From Anaerolineae bacterium (GTDB lineage: Bacteria > Chloroflexota > Anaerolineae > Aggregatilineales > UBA3940): 64,000 nt of DNA. This document shows, in pieces, positions 9,657 through 18,253 of this stretch (the first letter of the stretch is position 1; each line of letters begins with the position of its first letter). The stretch spans positions 68,919 to 132,918 of the forward strand of contig JAFGOY010000053.1 in NCBI GenBank assembly GCA_016926255.1, given 5' to 3'. The notes under the pieces were generated by a model that was not told the DNA's origin, did no database searches, and saw only the letters and a program-made list of their open reading frames with translations. Made by a program: the position numbers and the translations under genes.

Positions 9657-10177
9657 CGTGCCCCCTCCTCATCGATCAGGTAGAGCAGGGCGACTTCGTC
9701 ACAGCAGTGGCGAAACGGGCAGGGGCGGCAGTCACGCCGGACTTTGAGCGGAAATTCCTCAATAGACTTCTCCTGAAAGCCCAGCTTCTCGAAAAGGCGC
9801 GCGGCGCGGGTGAGTGTCAGAACACGGCTCATACGCCGTTCGCGGGCCAGTTCGAGCGAGGCCTCGACAAGGGCAACGCCTATCCCCAGGCCACGCTTTT
9901 CCGGGTCGACGGCCAGCGAGCGAATCTCGCACAGGTCGCCGTTGTAGAATACCAGTGACACACAGCCCACGACCTGATCGCCCTCGACGGAGACGATCCA
10001 ATCGTCGATGTGGGCACGCACCTCGTTGGGATTGCGAGGCAGCATCCGCCCGGCCCGGACTTCCTCGTCGAACAGGTCAAGCATGGCTTGAATTTCTGCT
10101 GTCTGCGCGGAGCGAAGGGTGATCGCACCCGAAGCCAACTGTGAATAGATTTTTATGACGGTCAATTCTGCTTGCAT
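9653..10177 (-). CDS. GNAT acetyltransferase, short N-acetylglutamate-synthase-like, with a C-terminal Cys cluster
   Basis: GNAT acetyl-CoA motif VDPEKRGLGIGVALVEASL. C-terminal CRPCPFRHCCDE. Embedded in the arg operon between argD and argJ. Start set to ATG 10177 (MQAEL...), 11 nt after the argD stop. Confidence 0.75.
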   Translation of the reverse strand: MQAELTVIKIYSQLASGAITLRSAQTAEIQAMLDLFDEEVRAGRMLPRNPNEVRAHIDDWIVSVEGDQVVGCVSLVFYNGDLCEIRSLAVDPEKRGLGIGVALVEASLELARERRMSRVLTLTRAARLFEKLGFQEKSIEEFPLKVRRDCRPCPFRHCCDEVALLYLIDEEGAR

Positions 10178-10188
10178 TTTTTCTCTCT

Positions 10189-11370
10189 CTACACGGTTAT
10201 GATTTGTTGAATGACAAAAACACATTGGTCGATATCAGTTTCTGAGACAATGTAAGCAGGCAGCAGCCGGAGTACATTTGCTCCGGCATTCAACAGTATC
10301 ATTCCTTGCTCGTAGGCAGCTTCAATAAACGGGGCAACTTCACAATCCATTTCGACGCCGACCATCAAACCCAGGCCGCGAATCTCTTTGATATGCCGCG
10401 AGTCGAGTTCTTCAAGGCGTTCGACGAGCAGTTCGCCCATTGCGGTGATGTGGGCAAGCATCGCCGGGTCGGAGACGCGATCGAGCACCACCTGGGCCGC
10501 ACGGCAGGCGACCGGCCCGGCGGAGAAGGTGCTGCCGTGATCACCCGGTTCGATGACGTCAGCGACCCGGTCGGTGACCAGCACCGCGCCAATCGGCAGA
10601 CCGCCGCCCAGCGCTTTCGCCAGCACCATGATATCAGGTTCGACGCCGTAATGTTCATAGGCCCACAGCTTCCCGGTTCGGCCCATGCCACACTGGATTT
10701 CGTCGAAGACGAGCAACGCATCATGTTGATCGCATAAATCACGCAGCGCCCGGAGAAACTCGACATTGGCAGGCTGGATGCCCCCCTCGCCCTGAACCGG
10801 TTCGACGAAGACCGCGCAGGTTTCCGGGCCGATCAGTTCTTTAGCCGCCTCAACGTCGTTGAAAGGTGCTACCGTGACGCCGGGCATCAGCGGGCGGAAG
10901 GGAGCCTGGTACTGCTCACGGGCGGTGATGGAAAGCGCCCCCATCGTCCGGCCATGAAAGCCGCCGGTGAAGGCGACGAAGGTCTTGCCGGGGCCATAAT
11001 GAGTCAGCGAATATTTACGCGCAAACTTGATCGCTCCCTCGACGGCTTCCGCGCCGGAGTTGCAATAGAAAACTTTGTCGGCGAAGCTGTGCTCGCAGAG
11101 CGCCTCAGCCAGCTCGACCTGGGGCCGGGTATGGTAGAGATTGCAGACATGGCCCAGCGTGGCGACCTGGTCTTGAACCGCCGCGACCAGTTCAGGATCA
11201 CAGTGGCCAAGCGCATTGACAGCGATGCCGGAGCTAAAATCGAGGTAGCGGTTTCCTTTCGAATCATAGACAAACATCCCTTCGCCGTGTTCGAGGACGA
11301 ACGGTGACCGCTTATAGGTATGGACGATGTACTGTGATTCCTTTTCGACAATACTGACGCTGACGTTCAT
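10189..11370 (-). CDS. argD: acetylornithine aminotransferase
   Basis: Class-III aminotransferase with the PLP-lysine region DIMVLAKALGGG. Start set to ATG 11370 (GGAGGAG SD) rather than TTG 11412. Confidence 0.93.
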   Translation of the reverse strand: MNVSVSIVEKESQYIVHTYKRSPFVLEHGEGMFVYDSKGNRYLDFSSGIAVNALGHCDPELVAAVQDQVATLGHVCNLYHTRPQVELAEALCEHSFADKVFYCNSGAEAVEGAIKFARKYSLTHYGPGKTFVAFTGGFHGRTMGALSITAREQYQAPFRPLMPGVTVAPFNDVEAAKELIGPETCAVFVEPVQGEGGIQPANVEFLRALRDLCDQHDALLVFDEIQCGMGRTGKLWAYEHYGVEPDIMVLAKALGGGLPIGAVLVTDRVADVIEPGDHGSTFSAGPVACRAAQVVLDRVSDPAMLAHITAMGELLVERLEELDSRHIKEIRGLGLMVGVEMDCEVAPFIEAAYEQGMILLNAGANVLRLLPAYIVSETDIDQCVFVIQQIITV

Positions 11371-11412
11371 TGACTGCTCCTCCGGGCTGATGATAACTGT
11401 TTTGAATAACAA

Positions 11413-12162
11413 TCAAACGGATAAAATGGTTCCGGTGCCATCGCGGAGACCATCCAGGTCGGTGATGACGGCCTGCTTCGCACCGCCGGTAAGCGCGCCC
11501 AGGGCGGCACCGACTTTGGGGATCATTCCCCCTTCGATCACCCCTTCATCGATCAGGCGGTCGACATCGGACACCGTCAACTCGGCGGCGATTTTGCCAC
11601 CGGCCAGCCTGACGCCGGGGACGTTGGTCAAAAAGACGATCTGTGAGGCATCGACCGCCGCCGCGACCGCCCCGGCAGCGTGGTCGGCATTGACGTTGTA
11701 GCGGCCATCTTCGCCATACGAGACGGGCGAAATGACAGGCACGATCCCCTGCTCGCAGAGATCGAGCAGCACCTCGCCCCGCACGTTAATGACCTCACCG
11801 ATCCGGCCATACTCGACCCGGTACTGCCCGGCCTGGATCAACCGTAGATCGATTCCACTCAGACCCAGCGCGTCGACTCCGGCGTGGAGCAGTGCCAGCA
11901 CCAGCCGCTTGTTGACCGTCCCGCTGAGGATCATCTCGACCACGTCCAGCACCGCCTCGTCGGTGACACGCTGCCCGTCGACGAACTGCGGTTCCAGACC
12001 AAGAGCCTCCATCAGTTGGCTGATCGCCCTGCCACCGCCATGCACCAGGATGCAGGACTGTTTCGCGTTTAATTCAGCGACCACCGCCGCCAGCTCCTCG
12101 ACGAAGCCCGGCTTTTCGAGATCATTGCCGCCCATCTTGATGACCAGTGGGGGTTGGCTCAC
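11413..12162 (-). CDS. argB: acetylglutamate kinase
   Basis: Amino-acid kinase family (VIKMGGN, ILVHGGG). Overlaps the argC stop by 4 nt. Confidence 0.95.
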   Translation of the reverse strand: MSQPPLVIKMGGNDLEKPGFVEELAAVVAELNAKQSCILVHGGGRAISQLMEALGLEPQFVDGQRVTDEAVLDVVEMILSGTVNKRLVLALLHAGVDALGLSGIDLRLIQAGQYRVEYGRIGEVINVRGEVLLDLCEQGIVPVISPVSYGEDGRYNVNADHAAGAVAAAVDASQIVFLTNVPGVRLAGGKIAAELTVSDVDRLIDEGVIEGGMIPKVGAALGALTGGAKQAVITDLDGLRDGTGTILSV

Positions 12163-13187
12163 GCGACACCCCCCTGAAAGGGCAGCAGACCAAGCGTCTC
12201 ATCAAGACCGAACATCAAGTTGAAGTTCTGCACCGCCTGCGAGGACGCTCCTTTGAGCAGGTTGTCAATGGCGACGGAGACGATCAACAGCGAGCCGGTG
12301 ACCGGGGTCAACGAGATGACAGCCAGCGGCGTGCGTGTGACGTGAGCCAGCGACGCCAGTTCGCCTTCCGGCAGCAGGTGGACGAGCGGTTCACCGGCAA
12401 ACTGTCCGTCGAATGCTTCCAGGGCCGCCTCCATATCGCTGATCTGTGCATAGACAGTGGCAATGATCCCCCGGTCTGTGGGCAGCAGGTGGGGCGAGAA
12501 GATCAACCGCCCTGCTTCCAGCCCGGCTCTGACCATCTCCTGCTCGATCTCGGAGATATGTCGATGAGCGCGACCAATCGCGTAGGGATAGAAGTTGCCA
12601 TGCACCTCACAAAACAAAGTATGCACTTTGGGCGTCTTTCCGGCCCCGGAGACGCCGGATTTCGCATCAACGATGATCGGCGTATCGGGCAGGAACAGAC
12701 CCTCAATTGCCAGCGGGAGGATACCCAGCAGGGCGGCGGTCGCATAGCAACCGGGGTTGGCGATGCAAGGCGCGTTCTTCAGGTTCTCCCGTTCGGACAG
12801 CTCAGGGATAACATACGGAACCGGCAGCAGTTCGGGGTTGGGATGGGCGACCTTGTACCACTGCTCGTAGACGGCGGGATCGTCGATCCGCAGGTCGGCG
12901 GAGAGATCGATCACTTTGACGCCTTGCTCCAGCGCTTTAGCCGCAATCGGTGCCGACCGTGTATGCGGGAGACACAAGAAAGCACAATCGATCTGGTCGA
13001 AGGGTGCCTCGGCAGAGGAGATCAGGAAAAGATCAGGAGCACGGGGCGAAAGCTCGCGCAGGCTCTTCCCGGCGGAACTCTCGGACGTGGCAAACAGGAT
13101 TTCCACACCGGGGTGATTTTCCAGAATGCCAATCAACTCCAGTCCGGTATAGCCGGTCGCGCCAAAAACGCCAACATTGATGCTCAT
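12159..13187 (-). CDS. argC: N-acetyl-gamma-glutamyl-phosphate reductase
   Basis: NAD-binding VFGATGYTG and the catalytic Cys motif ANPGCYATAA. AAGGAG SD. Confidence 0.95.
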   Translation of the reverse strand: MSINVGVFGATGYTGLELIGILENHPGVEILFATSESSAGKSLRELSPRAPDLFLISSAEAPFDQIDCAFLCLPHTRSAPIAAKALEQGVKVIDLSADLRIDDPAVYEQWYKVAHPNPELLPVPYVIPELSERENLKNAPCIANPGCYATAALLGILPLAIEGLFLPDTPIIVDAKSGVSGAGKTPKVHTLFCEVHGNFYPYAIGRAHRHISEIEQEMVRAGLEAGRLIFSPHLLPTDRGIIATVYAQISDMEAALEAFDGQFAGEPLVHLLPEGELASLAHVTRTPLAVISLTPVTGSLLIVSVAIDNLLKGASSQAVQNFNLMFGLDETLGLLPFQGGVA

Positions 13188-13213
13188 CGCTCACTCCTTA
13201 TTGCTTATACAAC

Positions 13214-13242
13214 AAAAAAACGCTCCCGGTGGTCCGGGAGCG
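13214..13242 (-). terminator. intrinsic terminator/attenuator in the argC leader
   Basis: On the minus strand: a perfect 9-bp stem CGCUCCCGG-ACCA-CCGGGAGCG followed by U7. It ends 26 nt upstream of the argC ATG. Confidence 0.6.
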
Positions 13243-13294
13243 GTTCTGTCAACCTGTGCTAGTGTCGCGTAGGCGCGTCACATCGCCGGACCTC

Positions 13295-13351
13295 CTAGGT
13301 GGAGCCGGTACGAGCGCGAGGGCGACGGACAATAGCGATTAATTGAGTCAT
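13295..13351 (-). promoter_or_regulatory. candidate Arg-rich leader peptide ORF (MTQLIAIVRRPRARTGST)
   Basis: 18-codon ORF between a candidate promoter and the leader terminator. It has 4 Arg codons (CGT CGC .. CGC .. CGT) within 6 codons. The SD is weak (GAGAGA). Confidence 0.4.
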
Positions 13352-13383
13352 AGTGCAAATCTCTCTGGCTAGATGCCGTCAAT

Positions 13384-13412
13384 AAAATAGCACACTCCGG
13401 GAAGAGAGTCAA
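13384..13412 (-). promoter_or_regulatory. candidate sigma70-type promoter for the arg operon leader
   Basis: Minus strand TTGACT (13412-13407), 17 nt spacer, TATTTT (13389-13384). Confidence 0.35.
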
Positions 13413-13487
13413 ACCAACAATAAAGATTGGTGTATAATAGAGTCGAAATTAGCACACATGTTCAGACTCGAATAAAGGTAGTGGCAT

Positions 13488-14498
13488 ATGTCATGGCAGG
13501 TCAATGAAGATTCGATCAACTGGCTCCTTGAGCCTGAACCAATCGGGGTTCGATACCTGGCGCTGCGTGATCTGCTGGATTGCCCACCGGGGGACGCCGA
13601 ACTGGTGAGCGCGAGGCAGCAGGCACATCGAGAAGGTCCTATCGCTCAGATATTGGACAATATGGAACCCGGAGGATACTGGGCACAGGAAGGGCCGGGC
13701 TATGACCCGAAATACCGCTCGACGGTCTGGTCGCTCATCATGCTGGCCCAGTTGGGAGCTTCGGTGCAGCAAGATGAGCGCATTGGTACAGCCTGTGCCT
13801 ATTTTATCGATCAGGCATTGACTGATAATGGACAGTTCTCGGCGTCAGGAGCGCCTTCGGGGACGGCTGATTGTTTGCAGGGCAACCTGTGTGCAGCGCT
13901 TCTCGATCTTGGCTATGACGATCCCCGGCTTGAGTTGGCTTTCGACTGGATGGCGCGATCTGTCACCGGGGAGGGGATTGCTTCCTCAGATAATCGGAAT
14001 GCGCCGGTTCGCTACTACGCATCAGGGAAGTGCGGCCCGGATTTTGCCTGTGGCGCAAACAACAAACTCCCCTGCGCCTGGGGAGCCGTCAAGGTAATGC
14101 TCGCTTTAGGCAAGTGGCCCGGTGAGCGTCATACCCCCGCTATCAAAAACGCCATCAAACAGGGTGTGGATTTCCTGTTCAGCGTTGACCCGGCTCAGGC
14201 CGATTATCCGACAGGATACAGTAATAAGCCGAGCGGAAACTGGTGGAAGTTCGGTTTTCCGGTGTTCTATGTCAGCGATCTGCTGCAAAATGTCGAAGCG
14301 CTGGCTTCACTGGGTTATGGGCATGATGCCCGGCTGACGAATGCACTGGCTATCATCCAGGGAAAACAGGATGCTCAGGGTCGCTGGATACTTGAGTACG
14401 ACTACACAGGTAAAACCTGGGTGGATATTGGGAAGAAGAAACAACCTAGCAAGTGGGTTACTCTGCGAGCACTTAAAGTACTGAAGATAGCCGACTGA
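13488..14498 (+). CDS. conserved hypothetical, possibly an alpha/alpha-toroid (prenyltransferase/terpene-cyclase-repeat-like) protein
   Basis: 336-aa soluble protein with repeated aromatic/Gly-rich helical-hairpin-like segments (GGYWAQEGPG, DNGQFSASG, AQGRWILEY). The family call is from weak pattern memory only. Confidence 0.5.
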   Translation: MSWQVNEDSINWLLEPEPIGVRYLALRDLLDCPPGDAELVSARQQAHREGPIAQILDNMEPGGYWAQEGPGYDPKYRSTVWSLIMLAQLGASVQQDERIGTACAYFIDQALTDNGQFSASGAPSGTADCLQGNLCAALLDLGYDDPRLELAFDWMARSVTGEGIASSDNRNAPVRYYASGKCGPDFACGANNKLPCAWGAVKVMLALGKWPGERHTPAIKNAIKQGVDFLFSVDPAQADYPTGYSNKPSGNWWKFGFPVFYVSDLLQNVEALASLGYGHDARLTNALAIIQGKQDAQGRWILEYDYTGKTWVDIGKKKQPSKWVTLRALKVLKIAD

Positions 14499-14536
14499 TC
14501 GAATTTCATCATAGAAACATCCAACCGTTTCACACA

Positions 14537-14565
14537 TTGTTGAGGCTTTCGCTTTGTGCTACAAT
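14537..14565 (+). promoter_or_regulatory. candidate promoter TTGTTG-17-TGcTACAAT
   Basis: Sequence match to -35 / extended -10. It would give a ~190-nt leader before the yacL-like gene. Confidence 0.4.
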
Positions 14566-14759
14566 CCAGCTGGTGGGTAGTAGGGTTGCACTGCATGAAG
14601 ACCAGCAATCATCATTCTTATTCACTTATTATCTTCCCCGCAGGCAGCCCACCTCAGAAGGCTATCACAAACACCAACTGTTCACCGGCCTGTTTCCAAA
14701 TGTGAAGTGCCTTTTTCCCCACTACGGATATGGGATAATACTGAAAAATCGAGAGTCCA

Positions 14760-15815
14760 ATGAGTATAGAATTCTTCATACGCTTGATAGGGATGATCGT
14801 CCTGGGGATTGCGGGGCTTAACCTTGGTATTCATCTGGCCGGACTGGCCAGCGATCCACCTGAACTATGGGCGCTGATCCTGACGATGGTCGGCGCGTTG
14901 ATGGGCCTGATCCTGACACCCTACCTAACCACACGGCCTGCAACTAAACTGCGGGACTATCTCAATCGCCTCCCGGCTCAACAGTTGGTCGCCAGCGTTG
15001 TCGGGCTGATTATCGGGCTGATCGTCGCGGTGCTTCTGTCGCTGCCGTTGGCGCTGCTGCCCAGGCCATATAACACCATCATGCCGATTGTCGCCGCTAT
15101 TTTTTTTGGCTACCTGGGCGTATCGACTTTTTCAACCCGCCGCAGGGATGTGTTTGAACTCTTCCAGGGGCGGCTGCCCTCACTGCGGCTCGGCCAGGCT
15201 GAAGACGGCCTGACGCCCAGCAGGCAGGTTCTGCTGGATACCAGCGTGATCATCGACGGTCGTATCGCCGATATCAGCCAGGTAGGCTTCATCATGGGGC
15301 CAATCGTCGTGCCAAATTTTGTACTACAAGAACTCCAGCACATCGCCGATTCAGCCGACGTACTGCGCCGCAATCGTGGGCGGCGGGGGATCGAAATCCT
15401 GAACCGTTTGCAGAAAGACGCCCCTGTCCCTGTGATCATCACCGATACAGACTTCGAGGATGTGGACGCAGTCGACGAGAAGCTAATCCTGCTGGCGAAG
15501 GAACTTCAGTGCGCTATCGTCACCAACGACTATAACCTGAACCGGATCGCGGAATTGCAAGGGGTGGTCGTACTGAACATCAACGAACTGGCGAATGCCG
15601 TCAAGACGGTCTTCCTCCCCGGCGAAGAGATGGATATCGAGATCATCCAGGAAGGACGAGAACTGGGACAGGGCGTAGGCTACCTGGAAGACGGGACGAT
15701 GGTGGTCATAGAGAACGGTCGGAAGTATATTGGCCGGACGATCAACGTGACGGTATCGAAAATTCTGCAAACCTCCGCCGGGCGGATGATCTTCGCCCGA
15801 CCGAACATCAATTAG
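14760..15815 (+). CDS. PIN/TRAM domain membrane protein (YacL-like)
   Basis: N-terminal TM helices, a PIN region (VLLDTSVIIDGRI...VTNDYNL) and a C-terminal TRAM-like domain (GRTINVTVSKILQTSAGRMIFA). The position upstream of cysS/rlmB matches Firmicutes yacL synteny. Confidence 0.85.
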   Translation: MSIEFFIRLIGMIVLGIAGLNLGIHLAGLASDPPELWALILTMVGALMGLILTPYLTTRPATKLRDYLNRLPAQQLVASVVGLIIGLIVAVLLSLPLALLPRPYNTIMPIVAAIFFGYLGVSTFSTRRRDVFELFQGRLPSLRLGQAEDGLTPSRQVLLDTSVIIDGRIADISQVGFIMGPIVVPNFVLQELQHIADSADVLRRNRGRRGIEILNRLQKDAPVPVIITDTDFEDVDAVDEKLILLAKELQCAIVTNDYNLNRIAELQGVVVLNINELANAVKTVFLPGEEMDIEIIQEGRELGQGVGYLEDGTMVVIENGRKYIGRTINVTVSKILQTSAGRMIFARPNIN

Positions 15816-15886
15816 CCGTCTATCCGAAGTTCGCGAAGCGAAGGCCGGATTGACTCCGGTGCGCTGTTAAGCCATATCAGTTTTAG

Positions 15887-15918
15887 CCCGGTGCTTCAGC
15901 GCCGGGAAGTATTTTTTT
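15887..15918 (+). terminator. putative intrinsic terminator after the yacL-like gene
   Basis: 8-bp stem with one G-U pair (CCCGGUGC-UUCA-GCGCCGGG), then GAAGUA and U7. The T-tract is 5-6 nt from the stem. Confidence 0.5.
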
Positions 15919-15934
15919 ACGAGGATGCCGCTCT

Positions 15935-17383
15935 ATGACCTTACAGGTTTTCAACCGGATGACACGCCAGAAAGAGGAGTTCAAACCTCTTACCGAAGGC
16001 CAGGTCAAGATGTACGTCTGCGGGCCGACCGTGTATGATCACGCCCATATCGGTCACGCCAAGACCTACGTCTCCTTCGATGTCATCAACCGCTATCTGC
16101 GCTACAGCGGGTACCGGGTGCGCTATGTCCAGAACATCACCGACGTGGGACACCTGCTCGACACGGGTGAGGATCGCATTCTCAAAAAGGCCGGGGCGCT
16201 CTCCCTGGAACCGATGGAAATCGTAGAGACGTATACCCGTTCGTATTTCGAAGATATGGACGCGCTGGGCGTGCGGCGCCCCAATATCTCGCCTCGCGCC
16301 AGCGGCCACGTTCCCGAACAGATCAAGATGGCCCAGGCGCTGATCGAGGCAGGGTATGCTTACGCCACAGATGAGGGCGATGTCTATTTTGATGTCCACA
16401 GCTGGCCGGAGTACGGGAAGCTGTCAGGCCAGCGGCTCGAAGAACTGGAAGGCGGCGCACGCGTCGAGGTGGCCGAGGGAAAACGTCACCCCGCCGATTT
16501 CGCCCTGTGGCGGCACGCCGAACCGGAACATCTGATGAAGTGGGACAGCCCCTGGGGAGTTGGCTTCCCCGGCTGGCACATCGAGTGCTCGGCGATGGCG
16601 ACCAAGTATCTGGGCGAGACGTTCGACATTCACGGTGGCGGCCTCGAAAACCGCTTCCCGCACAACGAATGTGAAATCGCACAGGCCGAAGCCTTGAGCG
16701 GAAAACCCTTCGCCAACTACTGGCTGCTGACCGGCTCGCTGACCGTCGACGGCGTGAAGATGAGCAAGTCACTGGGCAATTTTATCACCGTAAAGGATGC
16801 GATCAAGACCTACCGGCCTGAGGCGATCCGGCTGTTTATCCTGTCTTCGCATTATTCGAACCCGGTCGACTTCAGCGAAGCGGCGCTCGTCTCGGCTCAA
16901 AAGGGATGGGAGCGCCTGATGGGGGCGGTGCAGCTGACGCGCTATGCCCTGCGCGATGCCCCCGAAGGCGACGCCGGAAGCGGGTTCCAGGTGGCAATCG
17001 ACGAGCACCGCCAGCAGTTCATCGAGGCGATGGACGACGACTTCAACGCGCCGCAGGCATTGGGCGTCTTGCAGAACTTCACACGGGAGGTCAACACCCT
17101 GCTCAACAGCGGTGAGGAAGTAGGCAGGGAGACGCTTGAAGCTATCGACGCGGTTTACCGGGAGCTTGGCGGTGATGTGCTGGGGATCGTCCCCGACGAG
17201 ATTTCCGAAGCGGGCGTCGACGCAGCGCGGCAGGACGGCCTGATCCAGCTCCTGATCGAGATGCGAGCACAGGCTCGCAGCGAAAAGAATTTCGCCCTCT
17301 CCGACCTGATCCGCGACCGGCTGGCCGATCTCGGCGTGATCCTCGAAGATCGCCCGGACGGAACGGTTTACAAACTTCAATAG
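15935..17383 (+). CDS. cysS: cysteine--tRNA ligase
   Basis: HIGH motif (HIGHAKTY) and KMSKS motif. 482 aa. Confidence 0.97.
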   Translation: MTLQVFNRMTRQKEEFKPLTEGQVKMYVCGPTVYDHAHIGHAKTYVSFDVINRYLRYSGYRVRYVQNITDVGHLLDTGEDRILKKAGALSLEPMEIVETYTRSYFEDMDALGVRRPNISPRASGHVPEQIKMAQALIEAGYAYATDEGDVYFDVHSWPEYGKLSGQRLEELEGGARVEVAEGKRHPADFALWRHAEPEHLMKWDSPWGVGFPGWHIECSAMATKYLGETFDIHGGGLENRFPHNECEIAQAEALSGKPFANYWLLTGSLTVDGVKMSKSLGNFITVKDAIKTYRPEAIRLFILSSHYSNPVDFSEAALVSAQKGWERLMGAVQLTRYALRDAPEGDAGSGFQVAIDEHRQQFIEAMDDDFNAPQALGVLQNFTREVNTLLNSGEEVGRETLEAIDAVYRELGGDVLGIVPDEISEAGVDAARQDGLIQLLIEMRAQARSEKNFALSDLIRDRLADLGVILEDRPDGTVYKLQ

Positions 17384-17396
17384 ACGACAGGAAAAT

Positions 17397-17415
17397 GGGG
17401 CGGACTATCCGCCCC
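17397..17415 (+). other. GC-rich hairpin between cysS and rlmB (weak terminator or processing signal)
   Basis: GGGGCGG-ACUAU-CCGCCCC followed by UUCACAUUU. There is no clean U-tract. Confidence 0.35.
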
Positions 17416-17429
17416 TTCACATTTATACC

Positions 17430-18215
17430 ATGAACACAGAACTGCTATACGGACGCCGCCCGGTGCTTGAATCGCTCCGGGCCAGACGACGCACATTCCA
17501 GCGGCTGATCGTCGCCGACAATGCCGAGCAATCCGGGATCATACAGGACATCCTGGAGGCGGCCAGCCAAAACAACATAAAGATGGAAACGGCCCACCGC
17601 CGCGACCTCGATTCGATGGTGCAGAATGCCAACCACCAGAGCGTGATCCTCGAAGCAGGCCCCTACCCCTACGTCAACCTGGAACAACTTCTGCTCGCCG
17701 CCGAACAACACGGAGAGCCACCCCTGATATTACTGCTCGATCTCTTGCAGGATGTTCACAACGTGGGCGCATTGATGCGCACCGCCGAAGCAGTGGGGGT
17801 GCATGGCGTGGTGATCCAGGAGCGGCGGGCGGCAGGAGTCACCCCGGCGGTGGTAAGTGCATCGGCGGGGGCAGTCGAGCATCTGAGCGTCGCGCAGGTG
17901 ACCAACTTTGTGCGGACAATGGAGACGTTCAAAGAGTCCAACGTGTGGCTGGCCGGGCTGGATTATCAGGAAAGCGCCCAGCGCTACGACCGGGCCAACC
18001 TGCGTGGAGCGCTGGGGATCGTCGTCGGCAGTGAGGGGAAAGGGCTGCGGCGGCTGGTTCGGGAAACCTGCGACTTCCTGATCTACCTCCCGATGCAGGG
18101 GCAGATCGAGAGCCTGAACGCGACCGTTGCCGGGAGCGTGGCACTCTATGCCGCGTGGCAGGCCCGCCAGTTTGGGGGAGAAAAAAGCCCGGCGAATTCA
18201 GATCACCGGGCATAA
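17430..18215 (+). CDS. rlmB: 23S rRNA 2'-O-ribose methyltransferase, SpoU/TrmH family (RlmB-like)
   Basis: N-terminal LYGRRPVLESL, SpoU motifs DVHNVGALMRTAEAVG, GSEGKGLRRLV and IPMQGQIESLNATVAGSVALY. Confidence 0.85.
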   Translation: MNTELLYGRRPVLESLRARRRTFQRLIVADNAEQSGIIQDILEAASQNNIKMETAHRRDLDSMVQNANHQSVILEAGPYPYVNLEQLLLAAEQHGEPPLILLLDLLQDVHNVGALMRTAEAVGVHGVVIQERRAAGVTPAVVSASAGAVEHLSVAQVTNFVRTMETFKESNVWLAGLDYQESAQRYDRANLRGALGIVVGSEGKGLRRLVRETCDFLIYLPMQGQIESLNATVAGSVALYAAWQARQFGGEKSPANSDHRA

Positions 18216-18253
18216 TCAGATTATTCTTTGTTCAATTGACAGGCTGCATAGGG

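Noticed and set aside
12147-13262. 371-aa plus-strand ORF antisense to argC (similar cases at 7659-8678, 50228-51163 and 56361-57353)
   Set aside because: These are antisense to genes with clear family signatures. They have biased composition and no SD. Several run through the intergenic regulatory region.
15816-15934. T-box or other riboswitch leader upstream of cysS
   Set aside because: Only 119 nt are available, and most of that is taken by the upstream terminator hairpin. I saw no specifier loop or T-box sequence.
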